From positions 145,390,001-145,454,000 of the forward strand of contig OZ024742.1 in assembly GCA_964016885.1 (NCBI GenBank): a stretch of 64,000 bases of DNA, read 5' to 3'. The notes under the pieces are model-generated. The model had not been told where the DNA came from. It saw only the letters and a list, made by a program, of their open reading frames with translations, and made no database searches. Both the position numbers and the translations under genes were made by a program. Source of the DNA: Eledone cirrhosa (lineage: Eukaryota). Of this stretch, positions 1 to 11,961 are shown in pieces (position 1 is the first letter of the stretch; every line of letters begins with the position of its first letter).

Positions 1-1308
1 CGGCTCCTCGGAGGACTTCGCCTCCCTGTCCGAGAGACGCGGCAGGCCGTGGAGGTATGGACAGAAGTCCACTTCCCCAACCGGTTCCCCGCCCATTCCG
101 AACAATCTGGCAAAGTGCTTTTGAAAAGCCTCGCACATCTGCTTAGGTTCAAGGATCACCCGTCCATCTTGGTCTCGCAAAGACCGGATAGTGGATCTAC
201 TCCCTCTTTTGGCTTCTGTCACGCGGGCCCAGCTAACAGCTTTGGTCCCCTCGTTTTCCAGGGCACGTATTTTGCTTCGGACGATGCAGCCTTCGTGTTT
301 CGCGACGAAGAACTGGCCCAGGGCCGTTCTCGACGCTAGCACTCTGGCCACGTCGCCGCTTCTAATTGCCTCTTCTACATTATCTACCAACTCCCTTTCC
401 TTCCTATTTCTATTTGAGGCTACTAAATTCTATAGAGACTACTCTAATCTCTCTTTTGAGAGATCCCCACAACCTGCTGTTGACGAAGGCACCCGTCAAC
501 CGCTCCTTAACTAAAGTGTTAATCCGGTCCCTGTAAGCCTTACTTGCCGGTAAGGACAAGTTGAGCTTCCAGTAACCGGGTCCCTGTCTATGCGTTCTGT
601 CAAGGTTGACTATGCAGGTCACTAACTTGTGGTCTGAATAGCCAACCATGAGCATTTTTGGACAACTTAAAAAGTCCTTATCCTTATTTCTAACTAAGAA
701 CCTATTTAGGTACGACCTAGATGATCCGCTGAGGTTTGCCCAAGTCCAGGTTGGCGCAGTCGGAAAATCTAGTCGATATCTATCGGCCAGGTCAAATCGA
801 CCGATTAACCCTTTGAGGCTGTTACACCCCTCTCTATCGGGACAGGCCCCTACGTAGTCCCAACGTGCATCTATGATACCATTCCAGTCCCCACTAATAG
901 CAAGGAGCGGGACGTCCCTAGAAAAGTCTCCAGACGATGGAAGAAGTCCGGCCGCGTTGACTCAAAATGGCCGTAGACGGCTACCAGCCTAAACGCTCCG
1001 CCTTCACCACTGTCAAGGTCCAGAACCACTAGTCGACCTTCCGGGTCCAAATGTACCGTCTGTGTTGCGAGACCCAGATGTTTTTGCAGCAGAACGACAA
1101 CCCCACCCCCACATCCGGGCTGACAGAGAGATGCATGCATCTCAAAGTCATCAAAGGTGGGGGCCAGCTGTCGCACGTTGCTGATCCGGGCCTCGCAAAT
1201 AACCATCACATCTATACGTTGTGACCTGAGGTCATTTAGAAGCATTGCTTGCTTCCAAGTTGAGCCCAGGCCACGCGCATTTAGACAGCTTACTCTTAGC
1301 ATAGCCAT
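1..1308 (-). pseudogene. LINE ORF2 N-terminus (AP endonuclease and linker), frameshifted
   Basis: MAMLRVSCLNARGL...VICEAR...GGGVVVLL...LVAVYG, then SDHKLV...YWKLNLSL in the next frame. Confidence 0.85.
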
Positions 1309-1332
1309 GTTGGTGGTGAAGAGAAAAAGCAC

Positions 1333-3080
1333 TTACCTCTCTGCGTCCCGGGTATCGGGCTGCACAATTTCCATGAGGGTGGGGGATGGGTTGTTGGGTG
1401 GGGTAGTGGTTTGTGGAAGTGTAGGGGCATCAGTGTGTTGTGTGGTTGGGGTGTTTGGAGTTGTGTGGGTGTTTGAGGAGGGGGTGGGTAAGTTTTTTAG
1501 GAGGACGCGGTTAATGGGCCCGACGCAGGGGGGGGGGGGGGGCACGTCCTCTTTAAAGTTGTTTTTTTTTAGTGTTTTATATGTGTCCTCTGGGGCCTTA
1601 ATTATTTTGAGGTGGGAGAAATCCCCTGCCTGGGTGCAGTTAGGCCCTTGGGTTTTTACTAAATTGTTGTTGTATACAATGTTTAGCAGTTTTTTATTTC
1701 TTGTGTTTATGTATGCGTATGCATGTTTTTGTTTTTGTGTGGTGTTTTTGTTTGCTGTTGTTGTGTGCTCTTTTGTGTTGGTGTCTGTGTTATGTTTTGG
1801 GGAGGGGTTGTTTTCATTTGTGTGTCTGAGGTGTTTTCTTTTTTTTCTTTTGATTGTGTGGAAGTGCTCCTCCTCGTCTGACGTCGAACGAGGGTCATCT
1901 TCCGCGTTGGAGGGGAGGGGTAGATTTTCGGGTTGTGTTTGCGGTGCGGGTGTTTTGGAAATTGTTTTTTTTTTTAGGGGGGGGGGGCAGTGTTTTGTTT
2001 TGATTTGAGCTGTGGTTGTTGTTTTTGTAGTGGTGGTTGTGGTGATTGTGTTGGTTGTGCAGTTGTTGGTGGTGTAGGCAGGATTGGGGTTTTCTTTTTA
2101 AGTTGAGGACAGACAGCCCTCAGGTGACCTCTGGCTCCACAGAGGTAACACGAGGGCCGCCTACCCTCAACGGTAATGTTGATAAAAGTTTGATCATGCA
2201 GTATGACACGTTCAGGGATCTGAGCGATGCTTTCGGGCCTCATTTGAACTACAAGTTCGAGGCCCGTTCCACTGAACGCGTCACCCGATACCTTTCCCAT
2301 GGATATTAGTATCATCGTCTAGGTCCAGGAAACCTGTCAATACCCACCATATGTCCATAATCGGAAGGATGGCGTGAATTTTTATTTTTTGTGACCTTCT
2401 ACCCATGTACGTAGGGTCGAAGGTGTATGCGGTGGATGTGATTGGTTTTATTGACAGTTTCGCTGCTGTATCCCTGTCCTTCATGAGAATGGATAGACTC
2501 CCGTAGAGTCTATCCTTCTGAATGAATATGATGTCTTTCATGACATCTTTTAAAACCAGCTCTATCTCACTCTATGATGGTTTTTTGCTTTTGTTTGAGA
2601 CTGTCCTAAACATGACAGTGTTTAGAAGTCTCTGGCTTTTTAGTTCCGGGAGGGGGGAATCGAAAATGATCCATTTTCCCAGTACACTATGTATTTTTTG
2701 GCATCTGCCAGTAGCTCCTTCGCTTTGCTTTTATCTACTGGCAGATAGTCGAGGGTTTTCCTTGCCGTCTGGGCGAAGGAGACCTTTTCCTTGTTTGTGT
2801 TGCTATTGTAGTTGGTGGTGTTGTTGTTATCATTGTTGTTGTTATCATTGTTGTTTTTGTTGTCTTTATTGTTGCTGTTGTTGTCGTTGTTGTTGTTTTC
2901 AGTTTCTTGTGTCGTTGTGGTTACATCAAGTTGTCGGTCAGCAGGTGGAGAAAGTTCTACCTCTGGCTGACCTCTGCCTTTGGCATCTGCTGCTGTGTCA
3001 GTGGCAGGAGGAAGCTGTGAGTTTAGCTTCCCTTTTCTTTCTTTGAATGTTGGTGAAGCTGCTTCAGCCATTTTTATCAA
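1333..3080 (-). pseudogene. LINE ORF1 (gag-like zinc-knuckle protein), frameshifted
   Basis: ORF fragments 3080-2640, 2541-2281, 2315-1974 (ITVEGRRPSCYLCGARGHLRAVCP), 1898-1707 and 1545-1333; some breaks lie next to G/T homopolymers. Confidence 0.8.
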
Positions 3081-3287
3081 AGAAGGAAATTTTTCGATAG
3101 ATAAAAATGTTTTTTTTTCAACACAATTTCGCCTAAAGGCGTAGAATAATTTGAGAGACTGACTAGATCAAAATTTGACCTGGGTGTCCCTCTACAAAAT
3201 GGTACAAAAATTAAAGTTTACAGTTTGGAATTTCTATGTAAATTTAGGCAGAACTTACCCTGCAAGTTTTACGCGTGTGTCCATCCC

Positions 3288-3405
<118 letters not shown>

Positions 3406-5299
3406 CAGACAGACAGAAATAGACGGATAAATGGATGGGTTTTGGTTTGGGAATATATATATATATAAAAAAAAACTTGAGAAGAAAGAAGAATATTGCG
3501 TGGTTGCAAATGGGTTATATATGATAAAAATAGTCCTTCGTCAGTGATTTTCCAACCATCATTGGTATTTCATCGCATTAAAAATCAGATACCTCAGGTT
3601 GGTGCGAGCAATAACTAAAAAAAGTTATTGGGACCAGTAATTCGCGTAAAGCGAGGGGGACAAGTAAACAACATAGAAGGATAAAAGCAAACCGAAGATA
3701 GGAAAATAAACAAGCAACATGGTTGTCCGGTCAGCATAAGCTGGGTGGATTTCATAAGCGAGAGAGGTACAGACCGCCCGATGTGTGTGAGGTGTAAGCA
3801 AGAAGAGACCCAATACAAGCCAAACGGGAGGAAGTGAGAAGGGGAGAAACAGAATATATATATATATATAAGATAGATGGATGAATAGATATTAACATGA
3901 TGCTGTTGATGAATACACTCCAGTTTCTGGACCTTATATATATGTTATCTTCTCACTCTACATTTCCTATTGCTACTTATTGGCATCTGCTACCTGAGCT
4001 GGTTGGTTTTGTGTCACCTCTACCTATATTATGTTTACTCCCTTGAAAACTTCAAACTTACATCTAGTTCTTCTCCCACAGAAGATACTTTTGGAATCCC
4101 ACTTTTCCCATTTTTCTTCTTGCTCAAGAAGAACATGGACTACACCGACCTCACAAGAGTTTGGGGAGCCTACGAAAGCTATGGGAACAGCCTCTTCTTC
4201 TTGATTAAGCTTTAAAGAAAAAGAAATGTGGGTAGGAAGGAACTGCGAATTTGATAATTTTTATAGGGATTTAACAGAGAGGTGGGGAGAATGGGGGACA
4301 GATGTAAGGGAGATAGAGAAAGTGGGTGAGAGAGATAGAGAGAAAGAGAGAGGGGGACCAGTTATTGTAATGTTTTGGTGACTGATTAAATGAGGTCTTG
4401 TCAATCAAGTGAATGCGGTTGAGTGGTGTCTTCTATACATCCACTACCGGTGTCATAACCAAGTTCCTCCTCCAGCTCACTCTGTACAGCATTGCCCTTT
4501 GAATTTCTCCTGCCTTCAACCCGGTATCCTTTTCAAGAACATCATTCAGTGTGATGCACTCATCAGGTTTTCCAGAAAAGGACTACCTTAATTATCTTTG
4601 AAAAATGAAGTTAAAAGAAATAAAAGTTTAGCTTCAAGATTGGATTTGCTCACCCACCTACTTTCTTCACTTCCCTCTTTCTTATCATTTCTTTCTCTTT
4701 CTTCTCTCACTTCTATTTCCTGACATCTTTCTCACATTGTTTCTTGATCATTCTGTCATATGGACAGATAGCATTAAAAGAATTATAAATAAAGGCACAA
4801 TATTTACCCTTGCACAACATTTTCTTCCATTCGAACAATTAGTTTGTGGTCGTCTGGCACTGTAGGAACCAAAGGTTCGGGCGTCCATTCCTGTACGATT
4901 TGTTCTTTCTCCTTGAAACAATAAAGACTGCATTGAAATGTATCATAATTATTGTTTTCTCAGATTAGCATAAGATTGTATACTTATGGGGTAGGGTAAA
5001 ATCCGGGATCTGTAGAAACTGGTAATATTCTGAGCTGGCAGCAGTTTCTTTTCCTGTATTTATCAGTAGACATAGCAAAATATAAGATATAAGCTCCTAA
5101 TTTGGAAACACAAACTCCCTATCTGATATAACAACTACCAGTTTGATGTGTATATTGTTCAGTTCTTTGTTTTAGCCATCACGGCCAAGGTCAAATATAG
5201 AGACAATTGTCTTGTACTCTTCATTGCGTATTGAGAAGAAGAGGCATTGCACATCAAACTCTAAACTTCTACCGTTATGTCACTCTATTAAGACCGATA

Positions 5300-5700
5300 C
5301 ACTTGACATTCTGTTTAAAAGTCTGTAGGAAGACGTTTGCAGAAGAAATACGTCAATGGAAAGGAAATTCCGACTAGAAATCCTGGAGAAGATAACTGGG
5401 CAGAATATGAGTTTAGACAATGTAAAAATAACAAGAGAAAAGAATGTGAGAAGAGAGGTCGTGTCAGTTTAGATAGAGGGGCTATGAAGAAAGCTAAACT
5501 TGTGGTCGTGTGTGCGTAGTAGAAGAGCAGAGCCAGTGCATCAGTGATGAGCAAGGGGTTGCAATATTTTGATGATGAGTGTTAAATAGAACCTGTGTGG
5601 TTAGTAGCAACACCATCTCACATATCCGAGGCAGTATTATGTCTTATTTGAACTTTTTTGTTGAGGTGGAACGTCAGCAAATAAAGAAGAAGAAGAGTTT
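5300..5700 (-). mobile_element. Decayed LINE 3' remnant (CR1/L2/Jockey-type C-terminus)
   Basis: Minus translation LLFYY...APLSKLTRP..SH...YSAQLSSPG resembles the post-RT tail of CR1/L2-type ORF2; heavily degraded. Confidence 0.4.
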
Positions 5701-6184
5701 TTTTAGGTATAGTTTTGGCAATATTACATTCATGAAGTCGCTATGAGAAATCATTAGCTATAGCCCGGTCAATCCTTTATAACAACTTTATAATAACTTA
5801 TCTCTGGGCTGGATTTATCTTACTAAATCTAAACTATAATATCATTTAATGAAAGCTAGTTGTGAACATTATCAGTGGAAAAGGTGAGTCCTGCTAAATA
5901 AGACTCAATTTCGATTCTTGATGGATTTCTAGACCTGCTCGACATACTAGCATCAGCAGCCGAACCTCCTCCTTCGAATCCTACCCTACCATCTTTAAAA
6001 AGAGGTAAAACACTTAAGATATCCATAAAATCTGCTTGAACAACAACAAAATGTCTTGACTATGGAAACAGTATAGTGCCTGTGACAGGATTTGGACCTC
6101 GAATGGCAGACATATAATAGTTCTTTATGGGGTTAACTTTGTCATTCATCATTTTGAAGTCAATAAAATAAAGTACCCATCAAA

Positions 6185-7269
6185 TACGAGGGGACTTCAA
6201 AACGTTCGTGGAAAAAGTACATAGATAAAGGTCATATCCAAGGATTTTGATCTCAATGCACCTGTGCCAGGACAAACATCAAATTGATGGTGAAGTTAGG
6301 GTGGAAGAGCAGCAAATCATGGGACAATGCCCCAAAGAAATCCCCGCAGTGGCAGGCCATCCACGCCAGTCTGTGGAAAACATCGATGCTGTTCGCGGCT
6401 TAATTGAAAAGGATAAGCGCATAACCACTGGATCAGTAGCCGACACGCTCAACATCTCTTTGGGTTCTGCGTGTGCAGAACCCAAAGTGATGTTGAGGCT
6501 GAGCATGCTTTCCACTTGATGGGTCCCAAAGCTGTTGCGTTCAGATCAACAGCACACAAGGGCAGATCTTTCGGTGGAAATTTTGAATAAGTGTGATGAA
6601 GATCCTGAAGCCTTTCTGCAGAGAATTGTTACCGGGGATGAAACGTGACTCTACCAGTACGATCCCGCGGACAAAACTCAATCGAAGCAGTAGCTGCCCA
6701 GGGGTGGAAGTAGGCCAGTCAAGGCAAAATCGGAGCGTTCAAGAGGGAAGGTCATGGCTATTGTCTTCTGGGATGCAGAGGGTATTTTGCTGGTTGACTT
6801 CCTCGAGAACAATTACAGTTGCATAGTATGAAGGCATTTTGAGAAAACTGGCCATGAAAATCGCGGAAAACCCCCCGGGGAATCTGCATCGCCGCTTTCT
6901 CTTCCACCACAACAATGCGCCCGCTCACAGCGCTCGGCAGACACGAACTGTGTTACGCAAATTACAATGGAAAATCATCCGATACCCGCCTTACTTTCCC
7001 GATTTAGCCCCTTCCGACTGGTTTCCAAGCCTGTTTCCAAACCTGAGAATCTCATTGAAAGGTACTCATTTTCCATTTGTTGAAGATGTAAAAAAAGCTG
7101 CTTTGATATGGTTTAAATCGCATGACCCTTAGTTTTACACAGATGGACTTAAGGGCAGGTATCAAGGCTTGCAGAAGTGTATTGACCTAGATGTTGAAAA
7201 ATAAACATCATAACCTAAACCGTTTTTTCAACTGTCCTTTTTCCACGAACATTTTAAAGCACCCTCGTT
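6185..7269 (+). mobile_element. Mariner (DD34D) DNA transposon, internally deleted and defective
   Basis: ~30 bp imperfect TIRs: acgaggggacttcaaaacgttcgtggaaaaa and the reverse complement of tttttccacgaacattttaaagcaccctcgt; TA at the left end. Transposase motifs WVPKLL, RIVTGDET, HHNNAPAH and YPPYFPDLAPSD are broken by stops and frameshifts. Confidence 0.93.
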
Positions 7270-8334
7270 CTAGATTGATTTATATTCCTATAATTCATAT
7301 TAGATGTGGATGGAATTATAATAAAAACTGTATTCGGTATTGCCTAAGTAATATTATATGAGCCATCAATATAAAACAGTTGAACACCCACTGAACCTTG
7401 GTTAAGAAATATAACTTGTGTGAGAAGCTCATTGATATACTTACCTCTTCGGTAAGCCGAAGTTTTCGGCTCTTCAGAAACAGTTTGACGAGCAAACCAA
7501 CCAGTATTATTTCGAAACATAGCCGCAGGGTTATGACCTTTAATTCGTAAGAGAAAAAATATGGCATATATTAATACACTCCAGTTTCTGACTTCAGTAA
7601 TTTCTTCTGCAACATTTATACTACACGGCTCAAAACAATCCGAAAATGTACACACTCTCACCGACAAGCCAAGGAGCATCTACAAAACAAACCCTCCCAT
7701 ACATAACAGTCTTCTATCTAACACCATCAATAACTCAGAGGATAGAAAATCAATTTCAAAATATACGATGACATAAACACATAAACGAATGGGCTAGCCA
7801 CTCGTTATCTGTTGTTTACACGATAACTCATATTGGATTAAAAAAAAAAAAGGAAGGCGATTAGCTAGTCAGCATATCCATGGGGTCCTACGTTGGGGCT
7901 GGGGTAATCGATCTCGATAGTTTATTTATCTTCGACACTTTAAAAGAACGCACGCATCCATTTAATTCATCCCTGCACAAGGATGATAGCCTAGATGTTA
8001 GGTAGATAGATAGCTAGGGAGGTAAATAGGTAGGTGTGTACGTAGATAGGCACGAAGACAAACAGACAGGTAGACAGATAGAATTTTTATTCTGTTTTAT
8101 TCACAGCTGTATAAAAAATATAATATAATGCTTACAGAACGAAAACACAAACAAATATAATATATACGAAGAAAAGGGAAAGGAAAAAAAAGCAAGAGGA
8201 AAATAAAGATAAAAACACACAAGCAGGACCACATACAACAAAGGGCAGGTGAAAGGGGTGGACAAACGAGCCACTACCAGAGCAAAAGATTAAAATATCG
8301 CGAGGAGCACACACAAGGAAACCTCTCTAACAAA

Positions 8335-9065
8335 ATAGAGTGAGGAGATTGACAGAGAGAGGTATTGATAAATATAGAGAGGGGGAGAGTTTGGTAGTCA
8401 GGGATAGAGTGAGAGGGAATGAGAGAGAGTGTTGTATGATAGATATAGAAAGGGGGATAGTTTTGTGGTAATTGATATATAGAGGAGGTTTGGGAGAGTG
8501 TGTTATATATCAGATATAAAGAGGGAGAGAGTTTGGTGTTAATTAGTAGATATAGAGAGGGGGAGAGTTTGGTGTAAATTGATATAGAGAGGGGGACTGG
8601 AAGAGAGTTCCGTGTAGTATATATAGAGAGGAGGAGAGTTTGTTGCTAATTGATATAGCAAGGTGGGTTGGAAGAGAGTTCTGTGAGGTACATATAGAGA
8701 GGGGAAGAGTTTGGTGTTAATTGATATAGAGAGGAGGATTGGGAGAGAGTGTTGTATGGTTAGTGTAGAGAGGGGAAGAGTTTGGCAATGATGGATAGGG
8801 TGGTAGTGATGGATAGGATGGTAGTGATGGATAGGATGAGAGAGAGTGTTGTATGGTAGATATAGAGAAGGGGATGGTTTTGTGGTAATTGATATGCTGA
8901 GTGGGGTTGGGAGTGTTTGTTGTATATTAGATATAGAGAGGGGAGAGATTGATGTTTATTTATATAGAGAGAAGGATTGGAACAGAGTTCCGTAGAGTAG
9001 ATATACAGAGGGCAGAGTTTGGTGTTACTTGATATAGAGAGGTGTAGTGGAGGAGAGTTCCGTGT
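8335..9065. repeat. Degenerate purine-rich tandem repeat (tgatatagagaggggagagtttggtg-like units)
   Basis: Recurrent gatatagagagg...gagagt motif roughly every 35-45 bp. Confidence 0.75.
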
Positions 9066-9299
9066 TGTAGTGTGTTTTGGTAGTTTTTCCATAAACTACC
9101 AAAACGCTCATCTATTTGGATATGTGCTACGATTTATGTACATTTTGTGTTTATCGTACATCGAAGTTTTCTGACCATTTTAGAGTACAAAGAGCTAAAC
9201 TAATATCACTACAATTAAATTGACCAAATTTCTTCCTCTCCCCACCGTATTCAGGAATGACTCCATCGCTCCTTTACACACATACACAAGGTCCGAACA

Positions 9300-9580
9300 C
9301 AAAAGAACCAAACTCCCACTGTCACTGCCTCCGTCTCTCCCGCTCTCCCCATCTCTCACTGTTATGGGCAAATGGCGGCCTACGCACTGGTCGCCTCATG
9401 GCTCCGACGGACAGCACGGAGAAGGCGTTTCTCCCGAGGTTGGTGAGGGAGACGCGCTGGAAGAGCCAGTCAAGCCTGCAGGTAGCCAACTCTATGCCGA
9501 TGGTGGTGAGCAGGGAGGTGGCTCTAGGGCCAAGGATACCAGAAGTCTCCACTGCCACAGGCTCGACCACAAACCTGTTG
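9300..9580 (-). mobile_element. CRE-like non-LTR retrotransposon 3' fragment (family A)
   Basis: VEPVAVETSGILGPRATSLL...WLFQRVSL...GRNAFSVL, the C-terminus typical of CRE restriction-like endonuclease domains. Confidence 0.75.
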
Positions 9581-9583
9581 TAA

Positions 9584-9657
<74 letters not shown>

Positions 9658-10002
9658 ATATTTTATACATATATGTTGACGTCAAAGAGAAAAAATTACT
9701 TTTTACTTTTTACGCTAACATTCTTCACTGTCAGCACATGCGCACTTACTTCCTGGTGCACAGGCGGTTGTCACGTGACGAATAAAAAGTTGACGCGATA
9801 AAAATAAATTTAAGACAAACTTCAGTGACCAGAATTTGTGAAAAAGAAATGCAGAGTGGAACATTAAATTTTAAAAATGCCTCTGGAGAAAATCACTGAT
9901 TAATGATTAAATAGTGAGGCAATAGTGGTAGATTTATATAAGTTTGGATGTATATACATTTAAAATTTAAAATGTACACAATGCTTCTTAAGTCAACCGC
10001 TT

Positions 10003-10089
<87 letters not shown>

Positions 10090-10167
10090 GGTAATTCCAA
10101 AGGAAAAGCAAAGGAAAAAAAGAGTGCTCTATGTATAGAACAGAGCTATTTAATTTGAACGTGAACG

Positions 10168-10240
10168 ACACAAAATATAACTACTCCATTACCAAAGGTT
10201 TCTGGATCACATACGGTAATGGAGTAGTTGTATTTTGTGT
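10168..10240. repeat. Inverted repeat, 26 bp arms with 21 bp loop
   Basis: acacaaaatataactactccattacc ... ggtaatggagtagttgtattttgtgt (one mismatch), followed by (TA)n. Confidence 0.9.
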
Positions 10241-10241
10241 T

Positions 10242-10295
<54 letters not shown>

Positions 10296-10298
<3 letters not shown>

Positions 10299-10453
10299 CG
10301 GTAAATTGGCAGTATCGGTAGAGGGTTGGGTGCCATGCTTTGATGCATAGAGTTACGGCCCTTGCCATTCTGAGTTCAAATCCCGCCGAGGTTAACTTTG
10401 CCTTTCATCCTTACTGGGTAATTGCTGGCCTTGTGCCGAAAGTAGAAACAATT
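10296..10453 (+). mobile_element. tRNA-derived SINE (family 1)
   Basis: A-box-like ttggcagtatcgg and B-box gagttcaaatccc; shared body gccgaggttaactttgcctttcatcc...ggccttgtgcc..aagtagaaacaatt is seen many times in the window. Confidence 0.85.
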
Positions 10454-10461
10454 ATATATAT

Positions 10462-10499
<38 letters not shown>

Positions 10500-10503
<4 letters not shown>

Positions 10504-10807
10504 AAGAAAGAAGAGTAACATGGTTGGCTGTACAATAAGTGCTTTATTTAAAGTACTGACAATTGTTTCGTTGATCATGTGGTTCTAGAGTTCGCTAATC
10601 GCTTGATGTTGCGTTATTCGATCTCCAATACATTATTCATCTATGGTCAACATAGGTGGTCCATAGGTGAATAATGTATTGGAGATCGAATAACGCAACA
10701 TCAAGCGATTGGCGAACTCGAGACCCACATGATCAACGAAACAATTGTCAGCACTTTAAATAAAGCCCTTATTGTACAGCCAACCATGTTAATCTTCATT
10801 CTTTAAC
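10500..10807. repeat. Long hairpin/palindrome (147 bp arms, 14 nt loop) in (TA)n; inverted Penelope pseudo-LTR-like sequence
   Basis: Arms 10500-10646 and 10661-10807 are reverse complements with about eight mismatches. The right arm has GAAACAATTGTC followed by aataaa. Confidence 0.9.
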
Positions 10808-10843
<36 letters not shown>

Positions 10844-10944
10844 ATTATATATATATTATATATATATATATATTATATATATATATTATATATATATATT
10901 ATATATATATATTATATATATATATTATATATATATATTATATA

Positions 10945-10995
<51 letters not shown>

Positions 10996-11000
10996 ATATA

Positions 11001-11596
11001 TAGACCCACTCTAGACCCACATGATCAACGAAACTATAGCGGAGAACTAGCGGTGTATGAATGTAACAAGGAGACATGGTTTGTGTGTATAATATTTAAT
11101 CAACAATTTAACAGTATAGTTGACATGTCAATGAATAGACGAAAGAATTAGGCAAAGTTAGTAGTTACCGTTTTGATTGCCAGGCAAACGCAGGCTGGCA
11201 GAAGACGCCTGGCGAAGGCCAGGCGCCGGAAGGGCAAAATGAGAGAGTGAGAACTTAAAGTTGTTAGTTTTATAGGGTTCTGACCGGAAGTTACAGAAAG
11301 GGTTCTACTTCCCGTCTAGATGTTGTTAATCTATTGGGGTTGTGAGTCACAACAAGGGAGGCAACTGCCACAAAACAATTGTCAGTACTTTAAATAAAGC
11401 CCTTATTGTACAGCCAACCATGTTAATCTTCATTCTTTAACTATTATTACTCCAAGTATAACCTGCATAAAAATTACCGCGAACTCGCTGCATAACCATG
11501 GAAGCATCTTGTTGAGTCAAAAAAGGCCGTGCGTTAAAACTATCCACGACGCAGAGCACTCACAACCTCTAACTTATAACGATAACTTGTTATCCC

Positions 11597-11597
<1 letters not shown>
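11001..11597 (+). mobile_element. Second copy of the same pLTR-like sequence, interrupted by a solo LTR
   Basis: ctagacccacatgatcaacgaaac|insert|aattgtcagtactttaaataaagcccttattgtacagccaaccatgttaatcttcattctttaacta matches ~10720-10809; flanked by (TA)n. Confidence 0.8.
11035..11372 (-). mobile_element. Solo LTR related to the LTRs at 40817 and 42447
   Basis: 4 bp TSD AAAC (11031-11034 and 11373-11376); long near-identity (atgtaacaaggagacatgg...gaagggcaaa) to the LTR pair at 40.8/42.4 kb. Confidence 0.9.
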
Positions 11598-11627
<30 letters not shown>

Positions 11628-11916
11628 CAAATAACGAAACGAAATTAAATTTCGTTTCATTTGTAACTCACTTTTGTATGACTGACGCTTAAACAATTAA
11701 GTTAAAGATGTACATCCATATATGTATACTGAAATACTAGTATGTATATGAATACACACACGTATACATATGTAGATGTACCAAGTTTTTTCACTGGTCA
11801 CTTTACTGTGAGTGGCCAGCTATTCTGTATGTAAACACGCAGACAAACCGGTTTTTAGAGTCATACTGGTTTTTGAGGAAACACCTTTCCTCTATTCTCC
11901 AGAAAGCCAGACAAGG

Positions 11917-11961
11917 AATATTGAACTAGTTTCGTTGTTGTTACAACTCATCAGCAATATT
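11917..11961 (-). ncRNA. Type I hammerhead ribozyme, array unit 1
   Basis: Minus strand AATATTG-CTGATGA-GTTGT aaca ACAAC-GAAA-CTAG-TT-CAATATT: 7 bp stem I, full core, 5 bp stem II, palindromic stem III ACTAGT, GUU cleavage triplet. Confidence 0.88.

Larger units (their letters stand above)
1..3287 (-). mobile_element. Tx1/L1-clade non-LTR retrotransposon, 5' part (ORF1 plus start of ORF2), running off the window start
   Basis: ORF1 pieces carry a CCHC knuckle (CYLCGARGHLRAVC); ORF2 starts with an APE endonuclease (SCLNARGL, DPEGRLVVL, SDHKLV, GPGYWKLN). The putative 5' end abuts (GATA)n. Confidence 0.9.

Noticed and set aside
4535-4575. Minus-strand CTGATGA-gtg..cac possible hammerhead
   Set aside because: Followed by TGAAT rather than GAAA, with no closing stem I.
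7440-7485. Minus-strand CTGAAGA followed by hairpins as a possible hammerhead
   Set aside because: No GAAA / stem III / UH correctly placed after stem II.
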